Assembly (NCBI GenBank): GCA_028534125.1
Contig: CM052818.1
Location: forward strand, 47,122,001 to 47,186,000
Direction: 5' to 3'
DNA from: Lama glama
Lineage: Eukaryota
DNA length: 64,000 bases
Shown: in pieces, positions 38,495 through 52,015 of the stretch
Numbering within the stretch: position 1 is the first letter of the stretch
Layout of the letters: each line of letters begins with the position of its first letter
Program-made: the position numbers and the translations under genes
The notes under the pieces: generated by a model
What the model was told of the DNA's origin: nothing
Seen by the model: only the letters and a program-made list of their open reading frames with translations
The model's database searches: none

Positions 38495-40013
38495 CAGAAC
38501 TGAAACCAGGCCTTTGTTGCAAATTCAGAAGGTTGTACAAGGTTTGGGATTCCTAATGCCTGAATCAGTTGCTCTCGGAAAGTCTTGGGTTCAAACTTCT
38601 TACATTAACTTCTGGGATAGAGTGGGGTTTCCCCTTGATCAATGGAGAATTTGAGTCCTGAAACGGCAAACTGATTTCCGCTTGGTCCTCACTCCCGCCT
38701 TCCTGTGATCCACCTTTACAGACATCGGAGAGCTTCGGAAGGCATGGTGGGGGGGAGCTGCTGCTACCAGAGCGCGCCCAGGTACTTTTCCCGCAACGTG
38801 CACGCCTTTTAAAAATGATGAACTGTAATTGTTTCGAACTTGGCTCCCTTTCCTCCCCCAGTAAGAAGTCGTAGGCTGCCAATTTGAACTTTAATGGTCT
38901 CAGCCGCTGCGGTGTAGTCACGTTGTGTGATTCATTCTGCAGCTGGACTAGTGAATTACAGCCACTGGAAAGCCAGCTTCACCTGGTTGCCTCGGGGATC
39001 CCTGGGTACGCTCTCACACGGGCACATGTTCACCTCTGGCCTCGCCTCAAACACAGGAAATCTTTAATCCTGGAGGAAACGGTTGCTGCTGTTCCTCCGG
39101 TGCCCTGGAACGGCCATGCCTGCTCTCTGAGGAGTCCCCCGAGCAGACGGGAAGGGCGCAGGGGAGCAAACTCACACACACCGAGGGCTGAGCACGTCTG
39201 CACAGGCAGCCGATGCAGTTTCGATTTCTGGGCGTTTTGTCAGGAGTCTTGACAACCGATGAGCACTGAAAGCATTCAGTCGCAGTCGTGGATCTCTCTT
39301 GAAGTTCATGGTCAGTACTGCTTCGCGGGAAAGCCACATCCGAAGGCGAAGACGGGTCTGTGCTGAACACGGTTTCCACCCAGACAATGGCGCTTCAGGC
39401 TGGAAAGGGGCTCAGGAAAGAGCATGACATTGCCTTTGTTTAATCCAAGTTCTCTCCAGCTCTCCAGCGCGGGCTGGTTTGCTGGGTCACCTTCTCCTTC
39501 CCATCTCGGATGGACGACGCAGTCGGTGCTAAAATCCTTACAGCTAATCTGAGCAGGACGTGTTCAACCAGGAAAAAACGCAGCCAAGCAATGTCATTCT
39601 CACTATCGATAAAGAAATTTCCACATCTCTCTGAATCCGGGAAGGACTCGGTTTTCTTTCAGCCCATTCAGCGCGCACAAGCGAAGTCACATAGCAGGAA
39701 CCCGAGGGTAAGAAAGCAAGCCCTTGGCTCTTAAAAGTGGTGTTGGAAACGCCCCCCGGCAGGACTGGACACCTGTCTGGGCTGCCGCGTGTAAGGAGCC
39801 TTTCGTGTGGCCCTGGTGTCGCTCTCCTGCTGTCCAGTGTGATGCAGGGGACGGCGTCGGGGAAGGATACTCAGAAATGCTTCCAGAAGCTCTGCTTCTG
39901 CTGAGGCCCCGACATGACTCAGACCCCTGTGCTCCAACAGCCCACGGGCGAGTTGGGAGACGGCCTTGCAGACAAGCCAGGGCTTGGAAAGGCCCGAGGA
40001 GCAGTGACAGACG

Positions 40014-40513
40014 NNNNNNNNNNNNNNNNNNNNNNNNNNNNNNNNNNNNNNNNNNNNNNNNNNNNNNNNNNNNNNNNNNNNNNNNNNNNNNNNNNNNNNN
40101 NNNNNNNNNNNNNNNNNNNNNNNNNNNNNNNNNNNNNNNNNNNNNNNNNNNNNNNNNNNNNNNNNNNNNNNNNNNNNNNNNNNNNNNNNNNNNNNNNNNN
40201 NNNNNNNNNNNNNNNNNNNNNNNNNNNNNNNNNNNNNNNNNNNNNNNNNNNNNNNNNNNNNNNNNNNNNNNNNNNNNNNNNNNNNNNNNNNNNNNNNNNN
40301 NNNNNNNNNNNNNNNNNNNNNNNNNNNNNNNNNNNNNNNNNNNNNNNNNNNNNNNNNNNNNNNNNNNNNNNNNNNNNNNNNNNNNNNNNNNNNNNNNNNN
40401 NNNNNNNNNNNNNNNNNNNNNNNNNNNNNNNNNNNNNNNNNNNNNNNNNNNNNNNNNNNNNNNNNNNNNNNNNNNNNNNNNNNNNNNNNNNNNNNNNNNN
40501 NNNNNNNNNNNNN
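40014..40513. other. Assembly gap (500 N)
   Basis: Run of exactly 500 N; the round number suggests a placeholder length. Confidence 0.99.
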
Positions 40514-40979
40514 GCTCCTCCTCCTTCCTTATGGACTGTGGAGAGAGGAAGGCAAGAGTTGTAGGGTGACCAAGGAAATGCAGAGGCTTGGGGGAAAATC
40601 GGGGGCAGGGCAGGGCAAAGATTCATACACACGTATACACAGAGCAGGAGACGAGAAGCAAATGAACAGACAAAGTATGTTCACGTGTCACATCTTACAG
40701 ACCCAGAGCCCGTGGCTTTTCTAGCAATGGTCTCTTTTTCTTTTCTTAAAGAACAAAATCTTGCTGTCTCTGTGACACATGCTCTCAACCCTTTTCTGGC
40801 AGAGTGGGTACAGAGTGGACCGGAGACACAGCTGCATTTCGTAAATGGAAAATGTTTGGTTACTCTAGTCAATTGTGTGAAAAGCTGATGCAAGCCTTCT
40901 AAAACACAGCTAATCAACTTTAAATTTCATTATTATTATGCATGTTGAGATTGGTCATCTTTTCAAAAGAGTCTTTATT

Positions 40980-41590
40980 ACACCTGAAATTAGTAGCTAC
41001 TTACTCTATGCAACTTGGAAAATATACCTCATTGAAAAGAGTGGAATAAAATGGATCTATAACCTATTTTCCTTGTCTAACCACTGTTACCATCTTGATA
41101 AATTTCCTCTCATTTTTTGGTACTTTCATTTGTCCATAGTTGAGACTATATTGTGTAGTTTATCCTATTTTCGCCCTTTAATACTATATAGTAAACATCC
41201 CTCCAAATCATGATGAATTTGGAAAAACAGCTTATTACGGCTGCAAGACATTCCATTGGGTGTATTGCCATAAATTAATTTTCAAATTATTCAAATTTTC
41301 AAACAGATTCAAACTAATTTCTGTCTGAATTTCTCCATTCACCTACCATTGGACATGAGTGAGCATTCTGTTTTTATTTCATAACAATAGCAAACAATAT
41401 GATAAATACATTGCTCCATAAAAGCTGTTTTATCAATGTTTTGGGGGCTTCATTTTTCATATATATTCATACAAGTGGAATTACCAAGTCAAATCACATT
41501 ACCATTTTAAGACTGTATGCGTGTGCATGTGCGTGCATCAAATCATTTTCTAAAGCATTAATTTCACTATTGTACACTCTCAGGAGCTGT
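40980..41590 (-). mobile_element. L1ME-like 3' region
   Basis: taaccactgttaccatcttg...ggctgcaagacattccattg...ggacat...aagtggaattaccaagtcaaa. Confidence 0.65.
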
Positions 41591-43183
41591 GCAAGAGCTG
41601 GACGAACATCTTTCAGAACATAGTGTTGAATACATATGCCAAGGCTGACTCTTAGCAAACGATGGTTGTATTTTCTGTCCAAAGTCTTTGAGATCGTGTG
41701 ACTTCTGGAGGCCCAAGAATGTCTACAGAATGAGAAAGCAAATATTTTCAGCAAATAACAGCTTCAAAGCACACAGGGTAGGGGTGGGTTGAGACTTGCT
41801 GAGATGTGTATGAGCATTTTACGGCCCTCCTGGGGAACTCTCGAGCACTTGGGTAGACTTTAACTGAAACAGGAAAAATTTATCCTGTGGTTAGTATTTT
41901 ATTTTATTTTATTTTGTTTCGTTTTATTTTATTTTATTTTTTTTGTCTGGTAGCTACTTCTATAGGACCATCCCATAATACCTACTATCTACTAATTTAA
42001 TCTGTCACACTCTGTGTCCATACATTATTACTTATATTCAGAATCAGTTCTCTTTCTCCAAGTTCTCAAACCCTACTAAGCTGGAGAATATGTGTGTGTC
42101 TTTTCTAACTCTATTGTTAAATAAAACACACACACACATGCACACACACACACAGGCACATTTTAAGAACCCACCCTGAAAAATATGGCCTTTGCTTTAA
42201 AAAAAAAAATAAGAGAAGAAGACAGTTTACACTGCTGTGTAGCAAAGACCATATTTTCTCGTATTTAGGAACAAAGACATGTCAAGCTTTATTGAGCACA
42301 TCACTAACTATATAACTAGCATTAAACACTCTATTTGCAACTGTTGCTGTGTATTTTGTGTGTGATTATCACCCCTAGATCTGCATCCTATAAAAAGATA
42401 TTTCTGTTTGCTTAATTATAAAGCTCTTTATGAACAGGCTCGTCTGTAAATAGCTTGGTGCAGCTGAAATAGAAATATAATTATAATGAAGGCAGATGTT
42501 TGAGATACTGGCTCATGAAACTTGTTCAGAATCTACAAAGGAGAAACGTGGTGAGCGTGTGTTTACTGCTGGGCGAGAGCTGGAGCAAGGAGTGTTCGCC
42601 TCTGGACTTACTTTAGCCTCGTCTTATTTACTCTCAACCTTTGCGTCCCTGGATCTCTGTAATTTGGAAAAGGAGTGGCTCACCTCATCTTGTTGCTGAG
42701 AAGCAGGGAATGTTGATTTGTAGGACAGTCTGAGACAAAGCCAAAAGGAATGAAAACACTAAGTTGAGTTTAAGGGGAAGAAACAGTGTTTGTGGCTGTG
42801 GTTCCCTCGTGGACATGACTTGGTTTTAGTGGCTAGAGATTCAGGATTAAAGATGTCAGTGTGGTTAAGATGACATTATTTCAGGGATTAAACATTTTCG
42901 TTCGTTAATACAAATTTTCTCAAAGACACACAAGAAAGTGCTAACGTGCTGAGATGAGAAGTTTTAAAAAGTGCTGATACAAGCTTTTAACCAGTCTCCA
43001 TTCTGAAAAGTGAATAGACGGATGGACAGTTCCGGTCACTGACACCTAGGGATTTGGGCAGACACGGGAGTTCCCATAGGTTTCAAGATTAAGAAGTATT
43101 CATCCAACGAAATAATTATTTCCAGGCCAATAATCAGCTGTTTCATTAAAATTTTGATTCAAACTAAATTCTGTCTGAATTCT

Positions 43184-43425
43184 GTTTATTAATTTATTTG
43201 TCTTTTTTAATTAATTTTTTTTGAAGTCAAGTCAGTTTACCATGTTGTGTTAATTTCTGGGGTACAGCATAGTGATTCAGTTATACATATATATATTTCC
43301 TTTTCATATTCTTTTCCATTATAAGCTATTACAAGATATTGAATATAGTTCCCTGTGCTCTAGAGTAGGACCTTGCTGTTTATCTATTTTATACACAGTA
43401 GTGTGCATCTGCGAATTCCCAACTC
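43184..43425 (-). mobile_element. 5'-truncated L1 3' end (cetartiodactyl/camelid type)
   Basis: T-rich tail, then ttgaagtcaagtcagtttac...gtacagcatagtgattcag...gaatatagttccctgtgct...; possible TSD tgaattct at 43176-43183 and 43457-43464. Confidence 0.88.
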
Positions 43426-44619
43426 AAGTACTAACTACTGCAGATACTAAAATATGTGAATTCTTTTTAAACGGACATGGCCCTAAATTGACTGCATTGG
43501 ATTTGGCCACGTTTTCTGAGCCATTGTTGTGTTGAGGTCTCTTAAGCACTCTGGAAATGCTTGTGCTAATTTTTAAGCTGTTCAATAAGCGAATGAATTA
43601 AGAAACAGGTTCATCTCCCTGAGGGACCCCTTCTGTGCGCACGCTCTCTGTGCGCACGCTCCCGAGCCATTTCCCGCTGTGTGCTGGTGTTTCGGAATTC
43701 ATCCTGGAAGGTCAGAAGGCATTGATAACTATGATTTTCAGTGTAAGTAAACAAGAAATATTTTCCACGTGTGCCTCAGGTGATGAAATATACGTGCCCC
43801 TGAAATACTGACTCTAACTTGTACTTCTGAAAGTCCAATTAATTACATTTTTAACTTCTGTCAATGGGCTGGGAGTCTTAAGGTAGACCTGCTTCTTTCA
43901 TGAATTCTCTCATAATGTGAATGATTTCCCTCATTTTCTAATTTCTCTGTGACGTACATGTTTATATATCTATTATGTCTGTCTATCTGTCTGTCTATCG
44001 TTTATTTATCTGTCTCCTGAATCTTTACGTTTCTTGAACGCAAACACATGTCATCCACCCAAGCAAGTTGTTTCACCACATGTACTGGCAATTGCATATA
44101 AATCACTGTGAGTGTAAATATTCTTTGTAACAAATAATGTTCCTCAATTATCTACCATCTCGAGGGCACCATCGCAATAAGTGAATTTTTGGCTCACGCG
44201 CTCATTTCAGTGTGCAAACTTTCCGAGTTGTCAATATTTGGAGGCCAGCTGCTCCCAGGGCCTGAGGAGCTGAGAGGGCCCCTCGGATCAGGGGTTCTTG
44301 GCAGGAAGAGCCACATGAACGGGGAGCGAGAAGTTGCTGCCAGCATCTTGCTGGGAAAACAAAAGATGGCAAGAAACAGTGACGGGTTGAACACCCACTG
44401 TGCCAGGCTTTGTTACAAGGACATACGTAAGTGAGACCCAGAGCGGGTCACTGGCCCTGGTTTTCAGGACTGTTAAGGCATTAACCACTGCCTGGGTTTG
44501 CAATGACAAGGCATGGCCATGGGGAGCACGCCTGTATGTACAGCTTAGAACCCCTGTTTGGTTAGGATTGTTTCCTTTAATTCTAGTTTCTTTTAAACAT
44601 TCTTGATGTATATTTCCAC

Positions 44620-45530
44620 ACTTTTCTCTTTAAGGATGATACATGTGCACCCTTTCCGCCATATGCTTGCAGCACTGTGAAGTGTCATCCACAAATCCTT
44701 AGCACCCTGGTGGGTAAAACATGGCATCTTAGTTTGTCAGTTGGTGGGACCTATTTTCAAATGTGTTAATCATTTGTACTGATTCTGTGAACTTTGTGTA
44801 TAGTCATTTTCATATGTAAAAACAATTTGAATGCTTTCAGGTTTTATTCTTGATGAATAAGTAAGCGCCCTTTACATATTAAGAATATTGATCTTTTATC
44901 ATACTAATTGTGAATATATTTCCAGCTCCTTTACCTTGTTATTTGCCTTATAATGTGGTCATTACATTATCTGTTGCATCATTCAAACTTAGCAATGATT
45001 TTCTTTTTTTATTATTTAAATGCTTAGGAAGTTATCTCCTATAAAGAGCAATTGAAGATTCATGTATAGTTTCCTTTTAGTGAATTCTTTGAAAAGTAGT
45101 TCTCTCTCTAATAAATGCAGAGTGCATCTTTGGTGGATGATGGAAAGTAAAGTTCTTATTTAATTTTAGTTGTTAATCGAATAAACACTAGTCACACTGA
45201 TAACCCGTCTTTCCTTTCTGGTTTGTGATATTTGTGTCTTCTCTCACTGTCTTCTCCCTTGTGTGTATTCGTCTGTCAATTCTTCTGACACTGACACTAC
45301 AATTTTTTTTTTCTCAAATCGGGTTTAAAACAAGTTTTACAATTTAGTTAGATACCATTTCTCCATTAATCTTTTCTATTTAAAAATATTTAAAGTTATC
45401 TTTAGATATTCTTCAAAATGAATTTCAGAATCATTTTGTTAATGCACAAAATATGTCAATTGGAATTTGGATTAGAAGTTATTTTATAATTAATTAGAAA
45501 AATTATTTTACTGACATTTATTGACATTTT
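44620..45530 (-). mobile_element. Ancient L1ME ORF2-region fragment
   Basis: AT-rich antisense L1 motifs: tgggtaaaacatggcatctt, ctttacatattaagaatatt, atgaatttcagaatcattttg, ttggaatttggatt. Confidence 0.6.
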
Positions 45531-48500
45531 CAGTAAAAGTTCACTAAAGTGAACTAATCTGTAAGAGAGCTGAAGGCAGTTTTGGGAGATTGGATATATT
45601 TTGTATTAATTGATAACAAACTGGTTGTGCTCCAGGAAGAAAAAGGAAATGCACCCTCCCACCTACTTGCCCCTCAAGCTTCATGCATGGATTTTCCAAG
45701 AGCCATTGGCATCATATGTGGAGCCTTGGTTTTTTAAAATTTATTTCCAAAATTATTTGAAGGCGCTGAGGTAGCTGGATACATGGATCTTAACTAAGAA
45801 TGCAGCGGTCTAGTCCAGACACTCAATTACGCTCTTCTGGGGTAGGGTAGGGGACCAGGATCAGCTCTAGATTTGAAAATAAGGCAGAATGGCATGCTTA
45901 AAATCCATGTTTTCTTCCCATATGATTCTCCTCCTTCCTTTTTAATTTTTGTTGTAACTGGTTTGGCTGCAGCCTGTCAGGTTGTTCGGTCTTCACCAGT
46001 ACGGCTGTTCTGATGCTCCAAAAATGTTCACCCCTTGGGGTCTCTGGGCTCTGACCCTCCGTCTCCTTCGGGTGCCTGCAGACCCAGCCACCAAGCCATC
46101 TGAGAGGCTCAGGAGGCCTTGACCTCTGCATTTGTTGAAGAAAAGGCACAACTGTAAATCCAGACGAACCCCACCCACACAGTGTGACAAACACATGGGA
46201 CAGGCCCTAGGCTCCTCCTGACAATCAGAGGCCAACAAAGATGCTAATCGTTGGAAGAGCTGGCCCCTGGCTCCCGCGGATGCACGGGGGCACATCCATT
46301 GCACTGGAAGCTGCCCTTGCAGATACTTTGACAGACATCTTGCAGAGGATGGAGAGCATCTGATGGTGATATGTTAACTGCATGCCTTCAGTTCGGAAGG
46401 TAAAAATTCTATCAGTCAAGTTTGAAATGAACTGTAGGTAAGTTGTTCACTTATCTGTCCCAAATATGTCATTAACAAAACCAGTTAATGTGTCTAAATG
46501 CCTTTACACGTGGAAATGTAGCCTATTCATTTATTATGCACACATCATTATCTCTAAAATCGGTAAATTTTTAATTTTCACCCTTTAGCCTCTGGGTGCT
46601 TTGGCAAAGGGAAGTAATTGCTTTTAAATTGCAGTACAACTTGACTGAACTGAATGTTTTTGCAACATAGATTGTGGGTTGGAAAATGTGTAGCCTTTAG
46701 GATGTTGTGAGGATTTTGGCCTTTCTCATATCTCTGCCCCTTCCCTTTCTTTAAAGAGGATTGTTAATAAGATCGTAGAAGCTGTGATCTGAAAACCAGA
46801 CATAAACCTAAGTGAGATGCAGAATCAACTCTGACATGATCTGAATGTCTGAGAATGTGTGGCTGACCCTGGCAGTCAGGAAAGGAAGAAATCAGAGGAA
46901 CAGACTGTGGTGGATGACTCTCTCCCCTTTGACATTGTGCTGGGGTTTTGAGGGGTCTTTGCTGCCCCAACTCCTCCTAGGAAATTTGTCATCCAGGCAC
47001 CCTACCCAGAATTGGAGCACAGCACAGCACAGACTCAGGTTGGAAATTTCACATTCAAAAGCCACAAGCCATCACGCTCACTTCTCATACTTGGGGAGGG
47101 GGGCCTTGCGCAGGGACCTTGGCCCCAAGATAAGTCTAGGGCGCAGACAACTCAATGGTCTTTCTCTTGAAATCCTTCTCCCCCGTGGATGGGCAGACTT
47201 ACAGCAGGAGCACAGAGGTGTTCTCAGGGGAGCACCAGGCTGCGGTCCTCTCCTTCCTCCATCACAGGCATGTTCAGAGCATGGGCGTCGCAGCCCCACC
47301 ACCAGCCTCATGTGTCCAGGAGCGCCCGCTCTCCAGGTCCTTGTCGGCTCCCCCTGGGTGCTGACCGCAGGGTGCAGGTCTCCCCAGGGTGAGTCCTCAG
47401 ACTGCGACCAGAGGTGGGGATGCAGAACAGGAAGCAGATCTCATCACTTAGCTCTCAGTCAACCTGAGCTAGTCCTCACTGGTCGGCACGCATCTATTTC
47501 TCTCTCCCTGCAGTCAGGTTCAAGGCCTGAGACCGTCCTTCTTCGGAGCAGGTCATGACACTGTTCTTCCTTCAGACCTCCCCTTAATTATCATTTGAAC
47601 TTAAAATCACCTCCACACATAGCTGTGCCACTATGAGTGTGTGTGTGTGTGCATGTGTGTGTGTTTGGGGGCAGGCAGAGATAAAAGTAGAGGCCTGCAA
47701 GGAATTGCGTTCGGAGTGTGAGCTGTCTGCTTTTTAATGACTCATGGCATTAGATGGGTCCTATGTTTAGAAAAATGGACTTTTTAGTCTATATTGCAAA
47801 GCACAGTTTCTGTCTTGGCCTCAGTTGTCCACAAGTTTTATACTTCTTATGTCTTTATGCCATGGAATTCTAGGTTACCAAGGCTAGTCGGAAATTCATA
47901 CGGAGACAGTCAGAGAAATGAACTTCACCATTTGCTGGCAGATGCCAGACAAACATTCCCCATGCCATAGCTGGCAATAAACGTGGGCCACAATAGTTCT
48001 GGTCCCTTATGTTTGCAAATGAATTTTATTCTTTGGAATCCCCTTCCTCTCTGGTGCATGCCTGATCGTAATCATTCATGCTTCATCAAGACTAAACTTC
48101 CTCCATCTTTTGATGCTATGCAGAGTTTCCAATCAGCATGGAGGGCTGGGCATGGGAGATCTCACTCCTAACTTGTGTTTCCATTTCCAGTTGGTGATCA
48201 CTTAGGGTGCTGAATTGCTGGCCAGTGTTCCTGTGTGTGTGTGTGTATCTGTCTGTGTTTTGCTTAAAACAATTAAATTTAATAGTATCAAAAATGGGCT
48301 TCACAGCTTTCCTCTACAGCCTGTAAAAGGGATCTATCATTATTACTTTTTCACTCCTAACTTGCATCAGCAAAGAAAAAGAATAGTTCTAACGTTGGAA
48401 CTAACTTGGGAGCCCATCTCAGGGGGATTTCGTGCTCTTTAAAGGAATATCACTGAGAAGCAGAGTAGTTAGAGTTTAGGACTCATTGTCTCCTTCAGAA

Positions 48501-48804
48501 ATGCAGGTGCCCCTCACAGTCTCCTCATTCCCCATGGGATAGACTCTCCTCAAGCATTTATGGGATGGGTGTATAATTGAGGGAATAAATGTGTGCTGTC
48601 CATGAGACTCACAGATGTTGAAAGTTAAGATTCTCTTCTATAGTATCACTGGGCCTTATTTTTCATGACTGAATTCCCTCAACGCATTAAGTTCAACAGA
48701 GGGTCCTGATCATGTCCATGAGGGTGGATTGCTGTTGGGGGAAAGCAATTTCCTGTGGGTCTGTTACATGCATGACACTTCTGCACGTACCCATCACTTA
48801 GCTT

Positions 48805-49003
48805 CTGCTCTGTCCAGTAAGGGTAGCCATTAGCCTCATGGAACTATTTCAGTTAAAAGTAAGTACAATTAGAAACCAGTTCCTGAGTCACACCAGCCAC
48901 ATTTCAACCACTCCGTGGCCACAGGGGACTTATGGCTGCCATTTTGGATAGCACAGAGATAAAACATTACCTGCATCACAGAACGTTCTATTAGACAGCA
49001 CTG
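48805..49003. mobile_element. MER3-like hAT MITE
   Basis: ctgtccagtaagggtagccattagcc...cagttcctgagtcacaccagccacatttcaa...catcacagaacgttctattagacagcactg. Confidence 0.85.
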
Positions 49004-49620
49004 GTTTATGTATACAATATGTTTTTATTTGCAGTTTATTGCAGATCAAACTGATCCTCAGTAACTAAAGAAACTGACCCGTAGTCATACAGTTAAGAAA
49101 CACCTGCTCGCCTTGGGTTCACTTGGATGTCAGGTTTTTGAAATATGAGGATCTACGTGAAATCAAGGAGGCCAGTCAGAAACCTACCAGTAGACCGACA
49201 GGAGTGGCTTATGTTGTTGAACTTCCTCATACGGCATTTAATGAGTTCACGGACGCGCGGGAATTTAAGCCCCTGCAACATTCGGAGTCAGGTTGCTGAG
49301 AATATGATGACTGGAAAGCCGACATCCCAGCGCCTTACAAAACATCTTAGAAATGCCCTGTGCAGTCTTCCTGCACGGAAGAGCCCCTGCTTTAAGTCAT
49401 CCGAGGCAGATCAGGGAATCCTAAAACATGCAAACTTGATCTCAGAGGTCAACTAAAATGATGCATTGATGTCACAGATGAGGAAACTAAGGCCACAGTC
49501 ACACAGCAAACACCAAAAAGGCAAGACCTGAAGCCACATCTATTCATTCCCAGTCCATTCTGACTCCTGCTCTGCTGTGCAGATTGATTTAAAGAACTAA
49601 AAGGCGCTTTGTGATGTAGC

Positions 49621-50890
49621 ATCGTTCATTGAGCCATTAAGCATCTACCATGTGCTGGGCACTGGGAATAGGGGACGAGTTCAGACGTAGCCTGGCCCTT
49701 GTAGAACCTCAGTCCGGTAAAGGAGACAGCCAATGAGTAAGTGACAAGCAGTGGATGTGGACTTCTACCGTGAAAGCACCATGAAAAAGAAGTACGGAAC
49801 TTTGGGAATGCCTTTGACCGTGGACTTGACAGACACAGTGTTCCCTTAGAAAACCACTCGAGCTGGGATGTGAAGGGTGGGTGAGTTTAACCAGGTGACG
49901 AGGAGACGGAGGAACAGGAGAGCTGCTCCAAGTGGGAGATCATATCCTCCTGGTGATGGGAAGAATGGAGTGTGCTTGGAGCAGGGACGGTAAGGATGGT
50001 CCCTGGGGGGGTGACACTGGACAGGTTGGGGCCAGACCATGCAGAGCTTTGTTGGCTTCATTATAAGACCTATGGGCGGGAAGGGCTGGGGCAGCAGACT
50101 GCGGATTCCTGGCAGCAGATCCAGCTGGGGTGTGGAGGTGGGGCAGAGGGGGTCACGTGGACTCGCTAGAGAATCTTTGCTCAGACCCACACAACAGGTG
50201 ACGGTGGCCGGGCCAGTGTGGGGGGCCACCAAGGGGAGCAGTGGTGGATGGTTTTGAGAGACATTTCAGAAGTAGCATCATTCGGATTCTGTGAGACACT
50301 GAATAAGGAGACTGAGTTAAGGGCAGATGTTATGGGTCACCTCTAGGTTTCTGCCTGATGCCCAAGTGTGAATGGTGATGCTTCAGTGAGGTGGGAAACA
50401 CAGGGAGACAGTGTTTCCTGGGAAAATGACATGAATTTGGAATCTGAAATGTGGAACTGGAGGCGCTTTGAAAACACCTAACTGGATTTCTTAGGTAAGC
50501 GATTAGCTGTCTGATTTCAGAGGGGAGATCTGTGTCGGAGCAATGATGCTGTAAGCCATCCGCAAGGTAGGAAGGAGTCAGGACTGAGGTCATCTAAGGA
50601 AAGACTAGAGACTGAAAGGCTGGGGAAGCAGACACGGGGCTGCAGCATCTCACGGCCCCACGGTGGAGGGCACCTGCAGATGAGAAGGAAAGGCTGTGTT
50701 TCCTCATGAAGCCGAGAAAAGTCGTTCTTCTCAGACAGAGGGAGCGGCGATAAGTCATAAATGCTGCTGAAAATTCAAATTAAATAAGAATTGAAAACTG
50801 TCCACTGTGTTTAACAACCCGGAGGAATTGGTGGTCTTTGGAAGAGACTGTTTGGTGTGGAGATGGGGGGGGGGCCAGAATGAAGTGAAC
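49621..50890 (-). mobile_element. Long L2 LINE fragment (~1.3 kb)
   Basis: 3' end gcatctaccatgtgctgggcactggg, through ggccagaccatgcagagcttt, ctctaggtttctgcc and aatgctgctga...gaaaactgtccact. Confidence 0.8.
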
Positions 50891-52015
50891 CAGTGCTTGG
50901 AAACCACCCTGGAGCTCGAAGGTCACCTTGGCATCCTTCTCACATGTCAGGTGATGAAACTGAGGCCCGGGGACAGGGAGAGACCCACTCACAGTGTGAG
51001 GAAACACCCAGGGAACCGTCCTCTCCTGGGGCAGGAAGCCCCGGGCAGGCGTCCACCCGTCCGCAGGGCCCTGGACGTAGATTCTGGGTTGAGACCTGTT
51101 AGGAGGGTCTGAAGGGACCGGATGGCGCTGCTTTCTGGGCATCTCTGGAAACTCTGGACTCCCTGAGCAGAGGGGCTTTGAGGCAGCACAGCTGCACCAA
51201 GGTTCTCAGCTCAGAGACACGGCAGAGAGAGAGGGCAGGCGAGCCCCATTCTCTGCAGCAGTGGGTTCTCCCCTCCGGGACCCCCCGCCCGGATGGCCCC
51301 ACCCCCAGTCTTGCACTGTGCAGAGAAGCTGTGAGCTCGCTTTCAGGGACAGCAAGTGAGTTGGGGGGAACTCCCCTCCCCGATAAGTCTCGGTTGGAGG
51401 ACCCCAGAGACATTGAGAGAGGAAGGCGGGTGGAAGGACCCAGCTGAGGCTTGAGGAAATAAAAGAAGGGGCCTCAGGAAGACCCTCTGGGCCAGGGATG
51501 GGTTCCCGGTGAAGGAAAACAGTGATGGGGGGGGAGTCCAAGGCACAGCCCTGCTCCCCTCTGGTCCCTGGAGCCCGAAGGTCCCAGCTGTGACCACCAG
51601 CTTGGTGGTGACCAGTGGCGGCTCCTGCCACACAAAGGGAGCTAATGCCAAGTCATGCGCCTTCCCACTGAATCCACTCAATTCGAGTCAATGACATTCC
51701 CTCTTGTCACTCCCACTTGTCATGAATCCAGGAGCTGTTTCCTGGTGAGAGGACCCATCTCGGGGACTAACTTGGAAAGCCTCAGCCCAGAGCCTGGGCC
51801 TCCCGGGGGCTCCCCCCGCCCCTTCGCCTGGCTGATGGCTCCTCCATCCTCTCAGCTGCTGTCGGCCTTCCGCCCTCTTCCCCAAGGAATCGGGTAGCCC
51901 TGCTCTGGGGAGATGGTCTGGACTTTTCCCAGAACTTTGTAAGAGGCCATGGAGCAGCGCCCTGCTCCCCACCCTCCCCACCTGCCTCTCCCCACCTTCA
52001 GAGTCCTCCAGGCGG

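Noticed and set aside
39724..40632. Long ORFs of 216-281 aa
   Set aside because: Artefacts of reading through the 500-N gap.
46323..46437. Exon ending at a strong donor TAG|GTAAGT
   Set aside because: Upstream acceptors lack a good pyrimidine tract; isolated donors are frequent by chance.
46845..47558. 237-aa ORF, the longest without N
   Set aside because: No recognisable domain; composition typical of a GC-rich chance frame; no supporting gene structure.
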